Notes: a model not told the origin generated them from the letters alone. Counted from the first letter of the stretch, positions 9,532-19,199 are shown. The stretch: 64,000 nt of DNA from Nanobdellota archaeon (GCA_016931175.1 JAFGFH010000022.1:17527-81526), one strand, 5' to 3'. Made by a program: numbers and translations.

Positions 9532-9954
9532 TCACTTTAAACTAACACTCTCTTTTCCTTTTCCGCCGCTACCGCTGCTTGCGTGGGCAACCTTCTTTCT
9601 TGTGAGAACGAACTCTCCCAAGTACTGCCCTATCATTTCCTGTTTTATCTGAACAGGTTCGAATATTTTTCCGTTATGAACTTCTATCTTTAATCCTACC
9701 ATTTTAGGAAATATAATAGCATCCCTGCTTTGAGTCTTAATCTTCACCTGGTTCTTGCCGTTCTTCACCATCTCGTAAGACTTGTTAACCTTAGCCATTA
9801 AATCCTTCTGCGCCTTGGTTAATCCCCTCTTAAGGCTTCTCCTGGCTCTTGCTCCTATAATCTTTAACAACTCCTCATCTGTTAATGCTTGCAATTGTTC
9901 AAGCGTTTTGCCTTTGTAATAATATACTCTCTTTTTTGACTCTTCTTCACTCAT
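9532..9954 (-). CDS. rps19: 30S ribosomal protein S19 (uS19)
   Basis: 140 aa. uS19 core (MVGLKIEVHNGKIFEPVQIKQEMIGQYLGEF). Confidence 0.94.
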   Translation of the reverse strand: MSEEESKKRVYYYKGKTLEQLQALTDEELLKIIGARARRSLKRGLTKAQKDLMAKVNKSYEMVKNGKNQVKIKTQSRDAIIFPKMVGLKIEVHNGKIFEPVQIKQEMIGQYLGEFVLTRKKVAHASSGSGGKGKESVSLK

Positions 9955-10685
9955 TACTTCTTACCTCTCTTTCTTCCAGTCCTTTTTGGAGATATGGAAC
10001 CAACCTTTGCTCCTGGAGGTGCTCTTCTGCTGACAGACTTGTTCTTCTTATTTCTCGCACCGCCACCACCATGAGGGTGATCAATAGCGTTCCTGGTTGA
10101 AGCAGTAACCTTTGAATGCTTCTTCCCTCTCGCCTGCCTAGCTCTTCTCTTATTAACTGCTTTAACAAAAGGTTTTTCCTTCCTTCCTCCTCCTGCAATT
10201 CTTCCAATAACTGCCCTGCAATCAGGCTTGAATATGATGTTTCTCCTGCTTGGCATTTGAACAATAACACCTTTTGGGTCATGAGCTATTACTCTGGCAG
10301 TTGCTCCGCTTGTTCTAACAAACTTAGCCCCGCTCCCGGGCTTGTTCTCAATGCAGTAAATAATCGTACCTTCAGGAATACTTGATAAAGGCATAATAGT
10401 TCCAAGGTTAGGTTCTGCCTTTGCCCCGCTCTGAACCTTGTCGCCAACCTTAATACCTAACGGTGCAGGGTAACTCATAATCTCATTATTCTCATAGTGA
10501 ACTAATAGCATTGGTGAATCCTTGCCAGGATCATGGTATATGTCTTTTACCACACCGTTTAAGACTCCGTTCTTTTCAACGTGGTCGTATTTTCTTATAG
10601 CCGTGGCTCCCTTAAACCTGTGCCCGGGGCTTCTGAATACAGAACCTCCCTTTCCTCTCCTTTGCTGCGGTAATCTCTTTGGCAT
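9954..10685 (-). CDS. rpl2: 50S ribosomal protein L2 (uL2)
   Basis: 243 aa. uL2 motifs (GRNNTGRITVRH-like region, GGGARNKKNKS, HPHGGG). Confidence 0.96.
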   Translation of the reverse strand: MPKRLPQQRRGKGGSVFRSPGHRFKGATAIRKYDHVEKNGVLNGVVKDIYHDPGKDSPMLLVHYENNEIMSYPAPLGIKVGDKVQSGAKAEPNLGTIMPLSSIPEGTIIYCIENKPGSGAKFVRTSGATARVIAHDPKGVIVQMPSRRNIIFKPDCRAVIGRIAGGGRKEKPFVKAVNKRRARQARGKKHSKVTASTRNAIDHPHGGGGARNKKNKSVSRRAPPGAKVGSISPKRTGRKRGKK

Positions 10686-10699
10686 TTATCTCATCTCAT

Positions 10700-10957
10700 T
10701 CATATTATACCTAACTGTGTTGCTATATCCATAGCGTTGAAATCATGGTGCAGCAGAACGAATGCTATCTTCCTGCCCATCCTGTTTTGAATATTAACCT
10801 TATCAACCTTCACTGCAAACATTGACTCAACAGCTTCCTTAACCAGTTTCTTGTCAGCCGAGTTTCTTACAACGAAGACTAGTTTGTTCTCGCTCTCCAT
10901 TAATCGAACGCTCTTCTCTGTTGTTAAAGGGTGTATTAAAACATTATAGTTCTTCAT
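10700..10957 (-). CDS. rpl23: 50S ribosomal protein L23 (uL23)
   Basis: 85 aa. Conserved position between L4 and L2. Confidence 0.93.
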   Translation of the reverse strand: MKNYNVLIHPLTTEKSVRLMESENKLVFVVRNSADKKLVKEAVESMFAVKVDKVNIQNRMGRKIAFVLLHHDFNAMDIATQLGII

Positions 10958-11772
10958 TTCTTTTCACCCGTGAATAGTTTTTCCTCATTCATCAAGTTCA
11001 AGGCTTCAGATGTCCATACTGTTAATCTTCCAGGAACTCCGCCAGGAGCTAATATTGTAACGTTCAAGTTCTTTACAGGTATTGTTTCAACACCCTGCAA
11101 TCCCTTAGCTGCTTTCAGTAATGAACAGTCTTTTTCAACAACGAATAAAGGCCCTTTCTTAGTCTTGTATTTTCTTCCTCTCATCTTCCCCTTTCCTGCC
11201 CTTATCTTCTTCTCACTAACTCTTTCAAGCTCTTCTTTTAACCCAATCTTTTCTAATAATTTCTTAACATCATTCGTCTTTTTCAAGTCCTGAGCTTTTT
11301 CAATGACTAATGGAATACTAACGTTCTCAATAGAGTGGTTTCTTTCAATTACTAAATCCTTGTTAGTAGTTGCTGAAATAGCGCTTCTTATTGCGAGCAA
11401 TCTCTCTTTAGTATTAATCTTTTCTTCAAATATTACAGCTGTTTTTGGAGGATGAGCAATCCTACCCTTCCTCGTGTGAGGCGCTTTTTCTCCAACGAAG
11501 TTAAAATGAGTTCCTCTTCTGCTTATAATTTTTTTAGGAACCCTGCTTCTGCCAGCACCGTATACTCCCCTGTACTTTCTTCTCCTCTTTGACAACTCTG
11601 TAACCTTTCTCATTCCAGCCTCAGGGTCTGTTCCATGATGCTGGTAATTGTTTGAAATATTAGCATTGAATGCGCGGGTTATGATTATTGGCCTGTAAGC
11701 TTCGCTGAACTGTTTAGGCAAATCTACCTTGCCTGTCTTTTCCCCTTTTGCGTTAAAAACATCTGCTTTCAT
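10954..11772 (-). CDS. rpl4: 50S ribosomal protein L4 (uL4)
   Basis: 272 aa, archaeal L4/L1e-type. Confidence 0.93.
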   Translation of the reverse strand: MKADVFNAKGEKTGKVDLPKQFSEAYRPIIITRAFNANISNNYQHHGTDPEAGMRKVTELSKRRRKYRGVYGAGRSRVPKKIISRRGTHFNFVGEKAPHTRKGRIAHPPKTAVIFEEKINTKERLLAIRSAISATTNKDLVIERNHSIENVSIPLVIEKAQDLKKTNDVKKLLEKIGLKEELERVSEKKIRAGKGKMRGRKYKTKKGPLFVVEKDCSLLKAAKGLQGVETIPVKNLNVTILAPGGVPGRLTVWTSEALNLMNEEKLFTGEKK

Positions 11773-11781
11773 ATCATATCC

Positions 11782-12804
11782 TCATCCTTGTTTTGAACTA
11801 ATTGATAAATATATTAGTTCCGGCACTTGTTTAGGCAGCACCTTGTTCGGCCTAATGCTCTTCCTTAATCTTATAAGCCTCTTCTTAGGGCCAGGAATAC
11901 TGCCTTTTATTAATAAAACTGTATTCTTCGGCTCTCCATAGTTAATGAATCCTCCCTTAACATTTACTTTTTCAGGTTCAACTATTTTCATAAGCCACTT
12001 GTTATAATCGCACCTTACTTGGTAACCCATTTGGCCGTGCTGTGGAACCCTGTGATCAACCTTTCTCGGACTCCATGCTCCAAGAGTCATTGCTTTTCTC
12101 TTAACCTTCTCTGCTTTGTGTCTTCCAATCTTAACGCCGAATCTTTTAACACTGCCTTGGAATCCTTTTCCTTTAGTTACTGAGAAAGTATCTATCTGCT
12201 CTCCTTCTTTAAAGACATCATTAACACTTACTTGCTTGCCTAATAATTCAAAGCCTTTATTTATAGCTTCCTTAATGTCTCCGCTGATTATTACTTCCAT
12301 AACTTCAGGCTTCTTCTTTCCCAAACTCGTTAGTTTAGGGTGAGTGTGAACAACTGCAGTAATTCTTTCAATATTATCTGCCATTTTTAGTACGTCTTCC
12401 TTATTTGCTGGTTTCTTCTTATCCTTCTCCTTAGCCTTCTTGCCTTTCAATACTAGTTTGCGGTTAAGCTCTTTGTCATAAGAATCAGAATTAACGTGTG
12501 AAAGAATTGAAAGACCATTTGAATTTTTTGAATAAAAGCGTAAAGAAAAGACTGTTAAAGGCGGGCACTCGATGACTGTTACTGGAACCGTTATCTCCTG
12601 CCCTTTTGATGGTGAGTTCTTCAGGTTGTCTATAACAGTTATGTGAGTCATGCCGACCTTGTATCCTGAAAAACTTGTAAGCAGAGTCTCGGATAACTCA
12701 GGAGCGTTTGTAATACTAGGATAAGCTCTTTTCGCCCTGGACCTTGGCCAGAACTGCATACTGCCTCTTCTTGGGCTGTCCTTGTCTCCTATTACGTGAC
12801 CCAT
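11782..12804 (-). CDS. rpl3: 50S ribosomal protein L3 (uL3)
   Basis: 340 aa, uL3-like (FQGSVKRFGV, WSPRKVDH). First gene of the cluster. Confidence 0.95.
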   Translation of the reverse strand: MGHVIGDKDSPRRGSMQFWPRSRAKRAYPSITNAPELSETLLTSFSGYKVGMTHITVIDNLKNSPSKGQEITVPVTVIECPPLTVFSLRFYSKNSNGLSILSHVNSDSYDKELNRKLVLKGKKAKEKDKKKPANKEDVLKMADNIERITAVVHTHPKLTSLGKKKPEVMEVIISGDIKEAINKGFELLGKQVSVNDVFKEGEQIDTFSVTKGKGFQGSVKRFGVKIGRHKAEKVKRKAMTLGAWSPRKVDHRVPQHGQMGYQVRCDYNKWLMKIVEPEKVNVKGGFINYGEPKNTVLLIKGSIPGPKKRLIRLRKSIRPNKVLPKQVPELIYLSISSKQG

Positions 12805-12926
12805 TCTTTTTTACCTAAATATACGACCTTTAAAACCTTTATTATCCTCTTGCAGACAGAACACGTAGTCAAATTTGTGTCGTACTGGAACAGAATTAAA
12901 TAGAAAGGATTAGTTTATAAAGCTTA

Positions 12927-13412
12927 CTACTTTAAGTCTTTCACTATGTCCATAATGTCTTTAACCTTGTCTTCAGGCAGGTAGCAGTGGGATTCTGTGC
13001 CGTCGCATGCTTTGTAATTAATCAATGCCATTCCTTCAATATTAAGATGAATGTCATCAAATAGTTTTGTAACGAATTCAGGATAAACTGTTGAGGCTTG
13101 CAGTAAACGCTTCCTGTTCGCCTCTAAACCTTCACTGCTTGAAAAATAGTGTTTGTTAAAATCTCCTTTTAGAATGCCTTCATTAAGGTAGTTCTTAACA
13201 AAATTAAATACTTTGTAACAAATCTCTGCTGAGACGAATTCCAAGTTTTTGAATGCCTCTTTAAACATTTTGTTATCCTTGTAAAATTTTAATCTGCGGC
13301 TTATCGTCTGGTAATTATACTCTTTTCTAAGCATTGCAATTACAGCTATTTCAAACAATTCCTCATTCACGTTTTCACCCGTGTAGAACATGTCCTCTAA
13401 TCCTGAACTCAT
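12927..13412 (-). CDS. Hypothetical protein (161 aa, soluble)
   Basis: Clean ORF divergent from the 13496 plus-strand gene. No recognisable motif. Confidence 0.5.
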   Translation of the reverse strand: MSSGLEDMFYTGENVNEELFEIAVIAMLRKEYNYQTISRRLKFYKDNKMFKEAFKNLEFVSAEICYKVFNFVKNYLNEGILKGDFNKHYFSSSEGLEANRKRLLQASTVYPEFVTKLFDDIHLNIEGMALINYKACDGTESHCYLPEDKVKDIMDIVKDLK

Positions 13413-13495
13413 AATTGTCCTTGCATAAAAGATTTTTCTTTTTTTAAGCTTTTATATAAGATTTTATAAATCCCGCACCGCTTTTAAGTTAATTA

Positions 13496-14527
13496 ATGGA
13501 AGTTGATGAAGCGGTTGAGGAGTTAAGCAAGCTTAAAATCTTTGACCCTGACAAGTTCAAGGAGAAGCTGAGATTGTTAAAGGCTAAGCAGCCGCATATT
13601 TACTACGAAGTTATTAAGATAATGAACATCAGCGATGCTGATGTGAAACCTGTAAAAACTGCATCCGGGGACCCTTATAACTTGTTCAAGAAAGACACTT
13701 CAAAGATAAAAAAGGATGCTGGAGGGTTTGGAATCGCTGTTATTGCAACAATCCTTATAGGATTGGTTGGCATAGGCGCAGTCTTCATATTTTTGCTTGA
13801 TGTTCCTCTTGAAGCCCCAACTACTTTCAACGCTAACGAGTCTGTAAGCTTGGGATACCAATTATTTAATTCAATCAATAATTTGTATCTGCAGTACAGT
13901 TTTGACTATAACACTACTTCTTCAACAATAACTTACTCAACAGGAAGAGAGTATTATAAGATAAGCAGTGATTATTACACCTCTGCTATTTACTTCAACA
14001 CGTTTAACTGCGCACCTGTTTGTTCGCTTATAACAACGGACGGTTACATAATCTCCAGAAAAGAAGGAGACACTTTATATTTTGGTATTTACAGCGACTG
14101 CAGCGTCTGCTCTTGCGATGTTTACTCAATGACTGATGTTAATGATTTCTGGGCGCAGGGTGTTTTAAACTATTACGACGAGTTGTACTATTACGTCAAT
14201 AATGGCTACGTTATTAACAGCGACAGGGAAGATGTTTGGACTATTAACGGGGAACAATGCGCTCCAATGTTCTTTGACATAAGGGTTCCGAACGAGTTAA
14301 AAAACAGCGGTTTCTTTGGAGAAGAGCTTACAAGCTTAAGGTACGAGTTGTGCTTGAACAATGAAGGAGTGCCTCTTGCTCTTGCAAAGAACTCAGACTA
14401 TGAAACTTATAGTGATACCTTTGTAGCGTTTCTTGAATCAATGGATGATATAATAGGATTATCAACAATTAGTGACAAGACTTTGAATGAGTGGGACAGC
14501 GAACAGTTAACCTGCGTCTCTATTTAA
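13496..14527 (+). CDS. Membrane-anchored protein with Cys/Tyr-rich extracytoplasmic domain (hypothetical)
   Basis: 343 aa. Charged N-terminal segment, single TM helix (GFGIAVIATILIGLVGIGAVFIFLL), then a Tyr/Ser/Thr/Cys-rich domain (type II membrane protein architecture). Confidence 0.6.
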   Translation: MEVDEAVEELSKLKIFDPDKFKEKLRLLKAKQPHIYYEVIKIMNISDADVKPVKTASGDPYNLFKKDTSKIKKDAGGFGIAVIATILIGLVGIGAVFIFLLDVPLEAPTTFNANESVSLGYQLFNSINNLYLQYSFDYNTTSSTITYSTGREYYKISSDYYTSAIYFNTFNCAPVCSLITTDGYIISRKEGDTLYFGIYSDCSVCSCDVYSMTDVNDFWAQGVLNYYDELYYYVNNGYVINSDREDVWTINGEQCAPMFFDIRVPNELKNSGFFGEELTSLRYELCLNNEGVPLALAKNSDYETYSDTFVAFLESMDDIIGLSTISDKTLNEWDSEQLTCVSI

Positions 14528-15909
14528 CCGTTAATAACTGCTACTGGTCTCAGCTTCGCGATGGGTTTTGCAATACCTAAACTCTTGCTTACTCTTATTA
14601 CTTCTTCAATGTCCTTATAAGCATGCTCTGACTCTTCAGCAGCGCCCATTCTTGTTGAACTCTTCAATAATATTCCCTTGCTTGACATCTCTTTCATTAC
14701 ACTTTCCGGCGTCATCTCCTTCTTCGCCTTTGTCCTGCTCATAACCCTGCCTGCGCCATGAGCAGTGCTTCCGAAAGTCTTAGACATGGAGTTGTCACCG
14801 CCGACGAGAAGATAACTATTAGTGCCCATGCTTCCAGGAATAATAACCTTGTCTCCAGGGAAGCTCTTCGTCGCGCCTTTCCTGTGAACAAAGCACTCAA
14901 CACCTTCATGGGTTTCAATCTTTGCTATGTTATGGCACACGTCATAAAATAATTCTAAACCAAGAGATTCTATTGAGCCGTCAAAGACTTTCATAAAACA
15001 ATCTCTGGCATTGTTCATAATTAGCTGCCTGTTAGCCCATGCGTAATTAGCGCTCGCACTCATAGCGCTGAAGTAATCAATTGCTACTTGAGAGTTTGAA
15101 GGAGCGTAAGCCAGTTCCCTGTCAGGCAAAGAGTTCACAATGTTTGGAAAAGTGTTCTCTATCTTCCTAACATAATCGCTCGCAACCTGGTGCCCGAGCC
15201 CCCTGCTCCCGCAGTGTATCATTGCATTCACCTGGTTCTTGAAGATGCCAAACTTTTTGCACAACTTCTCATCTATTATTTCATCAACTACGTGAATGTC
15301 AAGAAAGTGGTTGCCGCTGCCTAATGTTCCAACCTGTCCTTTGCCCCTGTTAAGAGCTCTTTCACTAACTTTTTCAGCATTTGCTTCTTTCATGCACCCG
15401 TTATTTTCACAGTTAATAATATCATTTTCAACTGCGAGCCCTTTCTGCTTCAAGTAATTAACCCCTTTCTCTAACAAATCCTTTAACTCATCTATGCTTA
15501 ACTTGAGAGCTCCTTCGCTCCCAACACCGCTTGGAATTTTTTTAAATAAAGAGTCAAGCAAGTCTTTAATCTTAGGGCTGACTTCTTTCAGTGTAAGATT
15601 CGTCTTTAAAACCCTGACCCCGCAGTTGATGTCAAAACCTACACCTCCCGGACTAATACCTCCTTCTTTAGTGCTTAATGCTGCAACACCTCCTATGCAG
15701 AAACCGTAGCCTTGGTGAGCGTCAGGCAAAGCGATTGCGTGTTTTTGAATGCCTGGGAGTGATGCCATGTTCTGCAATTGTTCAAGAGTGCGGTCGTTTC
15801 TGATTACATTCAACAATTCCTCGCTGGCGTAAACTATTCCATCAACTCTCATGCTGCCTGTCTTCGGCATCTTCCACTCAAAATCGCTGACCTTCTTTAA
15901 ATTCATCAT
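14524..15909 (-). CDS. rtcB: tRNA-splicing ligase RtcB (3'-phosphate/5'-hydroxyl RNA ligase)
   Basis: 461 aa. RtcB metal/GTP-binding motifs (GFDINCGVR, GSGNHF, HCGSRGLGHQV, STAHGAGR). No intein. Confidence 0.95.
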   Translation of the reverse strand: MMNLKKVSDFEWKMPKTGSMRVDGIVYASEELLNVIRNDRTLEQLQNMASLPGIQKHAIALPDAHQGYGFCIGGVAALSTKEGGISPGGVGFDINCGVRVLKTNLTLKEVSPKIKDLLDSLFKKIPSGVGSEGALKLSIDELKDLLEKGVNYLKQKGLAVENDIINCENNGCMKEANAEKVSERALNRGKGQVGTLGSGNHFLDIHVVDEIIDEKLCKKFGIFKNQVNAMIHCGSRGLGHQVASDYVRKIENTFPNIVNSLPDRELAYAPSNSQVAIDYFSAMSASANYAWANRQLIMNNARDCFMKVFDGSIESLGLELFYDVCHNIAKIETHEGVECFVHRKGATKSFPGDKVIIPGSMGTNSYLLVGGDNSMSKTFGSTAHGAGRVMSRTKAKKEMTPESVMKEMSSKGILLKSSTRMGAAEESEHAYKDIEEVIRVSKSLGIAKPIAKLRPVAVING

Positions 15910-16331
15910 AAATCAACAGTTAATTCTATCTCAACCCCTTTGTTTGTATTCTTTATCTTCATCCCGAAATAAGTTATTGCCTTAACGCTGTTCTTAACCT
16001 CATGCTTTTCAGGATTAAACACTTCACCTTTAAAGACTGCTTTTATTCCAGGCTCTTCTTCATTCAATGATTCAACGCTGACGGTTTTAAACACTAATCC
16101 TTCAGCGTCATGAAAGTATAAAACGTCTTCAAGAAAATCGTAAAGCAATGACTTCAAATCCTTCGCTTCCCTGGTTACGAGTTTAATCTCCTGCTCTTCA
16201 ACCTTGTCAGTGTCAAACATTGCATTAATAAGAGCAAGGGCTGTGTTTTCAAATGCTTCTCTTAAATCCATGCCTATTGCCCTGATTGCCAGGTCTGCAG
16301 TGGCTTCGTTCTCTAAATACTCGTAAGGCAT
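15906..16331 (-). CDS. Archease (RtcB activator)
   Basis: 141 aa with archease signature (YEYLENEATADLAIRAIG...DVLYFHD...KAITYFG). Directly adjacent to rtcB, a known functional pair. Confidence 0.9.
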   Translation of the reverse strand: MPYEYLENEATADLAIRAIGMDLREAFENTALALINAMFDTDKVEEQEIKLVTREAKDLKSLLYDFLEDVLYFHDAEGLVFKTVSVESLNEEEPGIKAVFKGEVFNPEKHEVKNSVKAITYFGMKIKNTNKGVEIELTVDL

Positions 16332-16351
16332 AATAATTAAATACGTGCCGT

Positions 16352-16870
16352 TTGTTTAAAGATTTTATGAACTATTACGACAGCATTGCTGAAGGTTATG
16401 ATGAATTATACGAAGACGAGCAGTTGAAGAAGTGGGAGAAGTGCAAGGCTTTGATTAATTTTAATGGAGTAACTCTTGATGTCGGCTGCGGGACGGGCTT
16501 TATTACAAAAAAGATTCGTAATGTCATAGGTGTTGATTCTTCAATTAAAATGCTTAAACAATGCAAAAAATTAAGAGTCGTGCTTGCCAGCGCAGAGAAT
16601 CTTCCTTTCAGGAAAGAATCTTTTGATACAGTATTCTCTTTCACCGCGCTTCAGGACGTTGATAATATTAGAAAAGCAGTTATTGAGATTAAAAGAGTTC
16701 TAAGAAAAGACGGCGAGTTATTAATCACTGTATTAGACAAGAAAAAAATTAGTATTGTTAGAAGTGAATTAAATAAAAAATTTAATGGATTAAAAGAAGA
16801 AAATATTGGGAAGGATGTTGTCTTCTTCAAGCAAAGACGAATTCAACATCGCCGCCAATGTACTTCTTAA
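16352..16870 (+). CDS. Class I SAM-dependent methyltransferase
   Basis: Motif I (LDVGCGTGFIT), the acidic/aromatic motif (ENLPFRKESFDTVF) and motif III-like LRKDGELLIT. Its 3' end overlaps the convergent 16827 gene by 44 nt. Confidence 0.82.
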   Translation: MFKDFMNYYDSIAEGYDELYEDEQLKKWEKCKALINFNGVTLDVGCGTGFITKKIRNVIGVDSSIKMLKQCKKLRVVLASAENLPFRKESFDTVFSFTALQDVDNIRKAVIEIKRVLRKDGELLITVLDKKKISIVRSELNKKFNGLKEENIGKDVVFFKQRRIQHRRQCTS

Positions 16871-18566
16871 CGCTTTCAAGAGTTTCTGCTTTTACTGTTG
16901 TAACAACGTCTTTGCAGGCAGGCTTCTTCCTTGCATCATTCAACTCTTTCAAGTTGCTTATCTTCAAATCAGAGAAGCTTCCATTGCTCTTAAGCTTTGA
17001 GCGCACAACTTCCTTCTCAGGCTGTTTCAAGTCTTTAATTATGAACACTTCATCACAGAGCACCCACATCTCCCCGTTCTTGCTGCCGTACTTGAAGTGT
17101 ATCTTGCTCCTCTCCGTATCTTTTAATTCATAGATTTGGGCAAGGTTCTCCATCATATTAACGAAGCTTTTAGCCTCTTTCTCAATAGTGTAAGCTTCCT
17201 CAGTTGTAAGCAAGTCCCTCTTAAAGTCCATCTTTGCATTCTTTATCTTCTTGCTTATAAAGTAGTAATCAGCGCCAGTTATTAATCCAGTGTCTAATAG
17301 TTTCTCTTTCATTAATTCCACAGCGTCTTTAGTTGTGGCTTTAACTCCCATAGCTTTAAGTGTTTTAACAACTGCTTCCAAGCAGTTATTCTCTGACTCT
17401 TCTAATGACTTCTTTATATTGTCATTCCTTATGTCAGTGAATAATTTCTCAATCCTGTCCTGGAAATCATTCGCTTGTTTCATAACTTTAGCAAATTCTT
17501 CAGGACTAATCTCTTTTATCTTGCCGTACTCAACACCTTTTCTTAATTTAATTATGTCTTCCAAGTAATCAGCGTACTTCTCCTCAATAAGCTTCAACTC
17601 ATTAACGAAGTGCTTCTTGAAAACTTTTGGCGTGTTAATAGCGTCAGTCGGCGGCACGCCTATAAGCATTAGTGCAGCCTGCGCAGGGTTAAACATTGCA
17701 AGAAATACTCTCTCAATAACCATTTCCTTAATATTATTGTTAATGTCCTGGATTAGTAATCTTCCAGTCCTGTAGAACTGGTCTACTGCTTCAGGGCTTG
17801 GCCTAAGCTTTCCCATCTTAAGCAGTGTTCTCCATGGTATGAACATTCCAGTATCATATAATGGTATGCCGTCACGAACCATGCTGAAGATTACCGGATG
17901 AGTGTCTCTCAAATTCTGCCAGAAATCAGTTAACAAGTATACTTGAATATTAAACTCGAAACCTGTCTGAGCTGCCATTCCATGAATCATTCTTCTCAAG
18001 CGAGCTAATACTTCATGCCTGCTCATTTTCTTAACATCAGTATCGTCTATGACGAATGAGATGTCAACGTCGCTGTCCTCGTGCATTGTTCCCCTGCTCA
18101 CGCTTCCAACAAGTATCATAGACAAGATGTAGCGTTTAAGCTTCTGCAAGCACATGTTCCTTAACAGTTCTGCAGCAACAAGTCCTTTTATGAAACCTTT
18201 GTCATACATTATCTTGTTAGTCTTAGGATTAGATAATGCTCGGATAAGCTCGTACTTCTGGTCATAGCAGCTCTGCCATAAACCGCTGAGAGGCAGTATT
18301 CTTGCCTTCTTGCCTTTATAATTCTCCATTAACTTAACGGATTTTTCATCGATTAAGTCGTTAATAATAGCAATAATCTCTTCCTCAGTCTTTGGAATTG
18401 CAAGCTCTCCTTCTTTAGGTTCAGCGCCTTCCTCTTCCTCTTTCGTAAACTCGACCTTGCAAACTGATATTAAAGAATCCTTAAAAATATCTTTTAACTC
18501 TTTAACTAAAGGGTCCTCTTTCTTAGGAGCCTTAGAATCTTTCAATTTTTTTTCATCATCTGCCAA
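16827..18566 (-). CDS. Large nucleotidyltransferase-fold (Pol-beta superfamily) protein, function unknown
   Basis: 579 aa. Classic NTase motif hG[GS]x(n)DhDh (LVGSVSRGTMHEDSDVDISFVIDD) about 150 aa from the N-terminus, then a long helical region. Not the archaeal CCA-enzyme layout. Confidence 0.7.
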   Translation of the reverse strand: MADDEKKLKDSKAPKKEDPLVKELKDIFKDSLISVCKVEFTKEEEEGAEPKEGELAIPKTEEEIIAIINDLIDEKSVKLMENYKGKKARILPLSGLWQSCYDQKYELIRALSNPKTNKIMYDKGFIKGLVAAELLRNMCLQKLKRYILSMILVGSVSRGTMHEDSDVDISFVIDDTDVKKMSRHEVLARLRRMIHGMAAQTGFEFNIQVYLLTDFWQNLRDTHPVIFSMVRDGIPLYDTGMFIPWRTLLKMGKLRPSPEAVDQFYRTGRLLIQDINNNIKEMVIERVFLAMFNPAQAALMLIGVPPTDAINTPKVFKKHFVNELKLIEEKYADYLEDIIKLRKGVEYGKIKEISPEEFAKVMKQANDFQDRIEKLFTDIRNDNIKKSLEESENNCLEAVVKTLKAMGVKATTKDAVELMKEKLLDTGLITGADYYFISKKIKNAKMDFKRDLLTTEEAYTIEKEAKSFVNMMENLAQIYELKDTERSKIHFKYGSKNGEMWVLCDEVFIIKDLKQPEKEVVRSKLKSNGSFSDLKISNLKELNDARKKPACKDVVTTVKAETLESVKKYIGGDVEFVFA

Positions 18567-18607
18567 AAAAACATCACCTGTATACTAATTAATAATAATG
18601 ATAGGCA

Positions 18608-18641
18608 GAAATCTACTTATAAAGGTTTCTACTGAGCAGTA
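18608..18641 (-). promoter_or_regulatory. Putative promoter/operator upstream of the 16827 NTase gene: palindrome TACTGCTCAGTA + TATA-like CTTTATAAG
   Basis: Read on the minus strand as tcactactgctcagtagaaacctttataagtagattt, lying 40-75 nt upstream of the start codon. A closely similar element sits upstream of the 27465 gene. Confidence 0.45.
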
Positions 18642-18658
18642 GTGATAAAGAAAAACAA

Positions 18659-19114
18659 TCAACAAACTCTCTTATTTTTTAAGTAATAATTCTGGTGGTA
18701 ATCCTCTGCAGGGTAGAACTCGGAGGCTTTCTCTACCTGTGTAACTATCTTCTTGCCAATTCTTTTCTCTTCCCTCTCTAATGACTTAATTGCTTCATCT
18801 CTCTGCTCTTTTGTGTAGTAAAAGATTACTGAACGGTACTGTTCTCCAAAGTCTAATCCCTGCCTGTTCTTGGTTGTAGGATTATGAATCTTCCAAAACA
18901 ATTCTAATAGTTTTTTGTAGCTTACCTTCTTCTCATCATACTCTACGTAAGTCACTTCAGCATGCCCGGTATTCTCGTAGCATACTTGTTTGTAAGTAGG
19001 GTTCTTATTTTTGCCTCCCATGAAGCCGACAACAGTCTTAGTAACACCTTTAACATTGTCAAACGCTTCCTGAACGTGCCAGAAACAACCCGCGCCAAAC
19101 ACTGCTTTTCTCAT
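18659..19114 (-). CDS. msrA: Peptide methionine sulfoxide reductase MsrA
   Basis: Catalytic GCFWH motif (AVFGAGCFWHVQEAF) and conserved MsrA C-terminal region. Start set to ATG 19114 (MRKAVF...), because the longer ORF in the track would read through the upstream tRNA-Ser. Confidence 0.9.
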   Translation of the reverse strand: MRKAVFGAGCFWHVQEAFDNVKGVTKTVVGFMGGKNKNPTYKQVCYENTGHAEVTYVEYDEKKVSYKKLLELFWKIHNPTTKNRQGLDFGEQYRSVIFYYTKEQRDEAIKSLEREEKRIGKKIVTQVEKASEFYPAEDYHQNYYLKNKRVC

Positions 19115-19115
19115 A

Positions 19116-19199
19116 CGCTGGGGCTGAGATTTGAACTCAGGCCCACTTGCGTGGACAAGCTTTCCAGGCTTGCGCGTTAGACCACTCCGCCACCCCAGC
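19116..19199 (-). tRNA. tRNA-Ser (anticodon GGA), class II with long variable arm
   Basis: Reverse complement folds as a cloverleaf: acceptor GCTGGGG/CCCCAGC, anticodon stem CAAGC/GCTTG with loop CUGGAAA, long variable arm, T-arm CTGAG-TTCAAAT-CTCAG, discriminator G. No encoded CCA. Confidence 0.8.

Noticed and set aside
9947-10282. 111-aa minus-strand ORF overlapping the L2 gene in another frame
   Set aside because: It lies entirely inside rpl2 (9954..10685), which has unambiguous conserved motifs, and its sequence is low-complexity Leu/Gln/Glu-rich. It is a frame artefact.
1266-12343. Numerous 60-120-aa plus-strand ORFs antisense to the ribosomal protein genes (for example 1266..1493, 1823..2164, 3313..3543, 3744..4106, 10970..11293, 12116..12343)
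   Set aside because: All are antisense shadows of strongly supported r-protein genes. They have Ser/Leu/Phe-rich low-complexity composition, as expected from reading AT-rich Lys/Glu-rich genes backwards.
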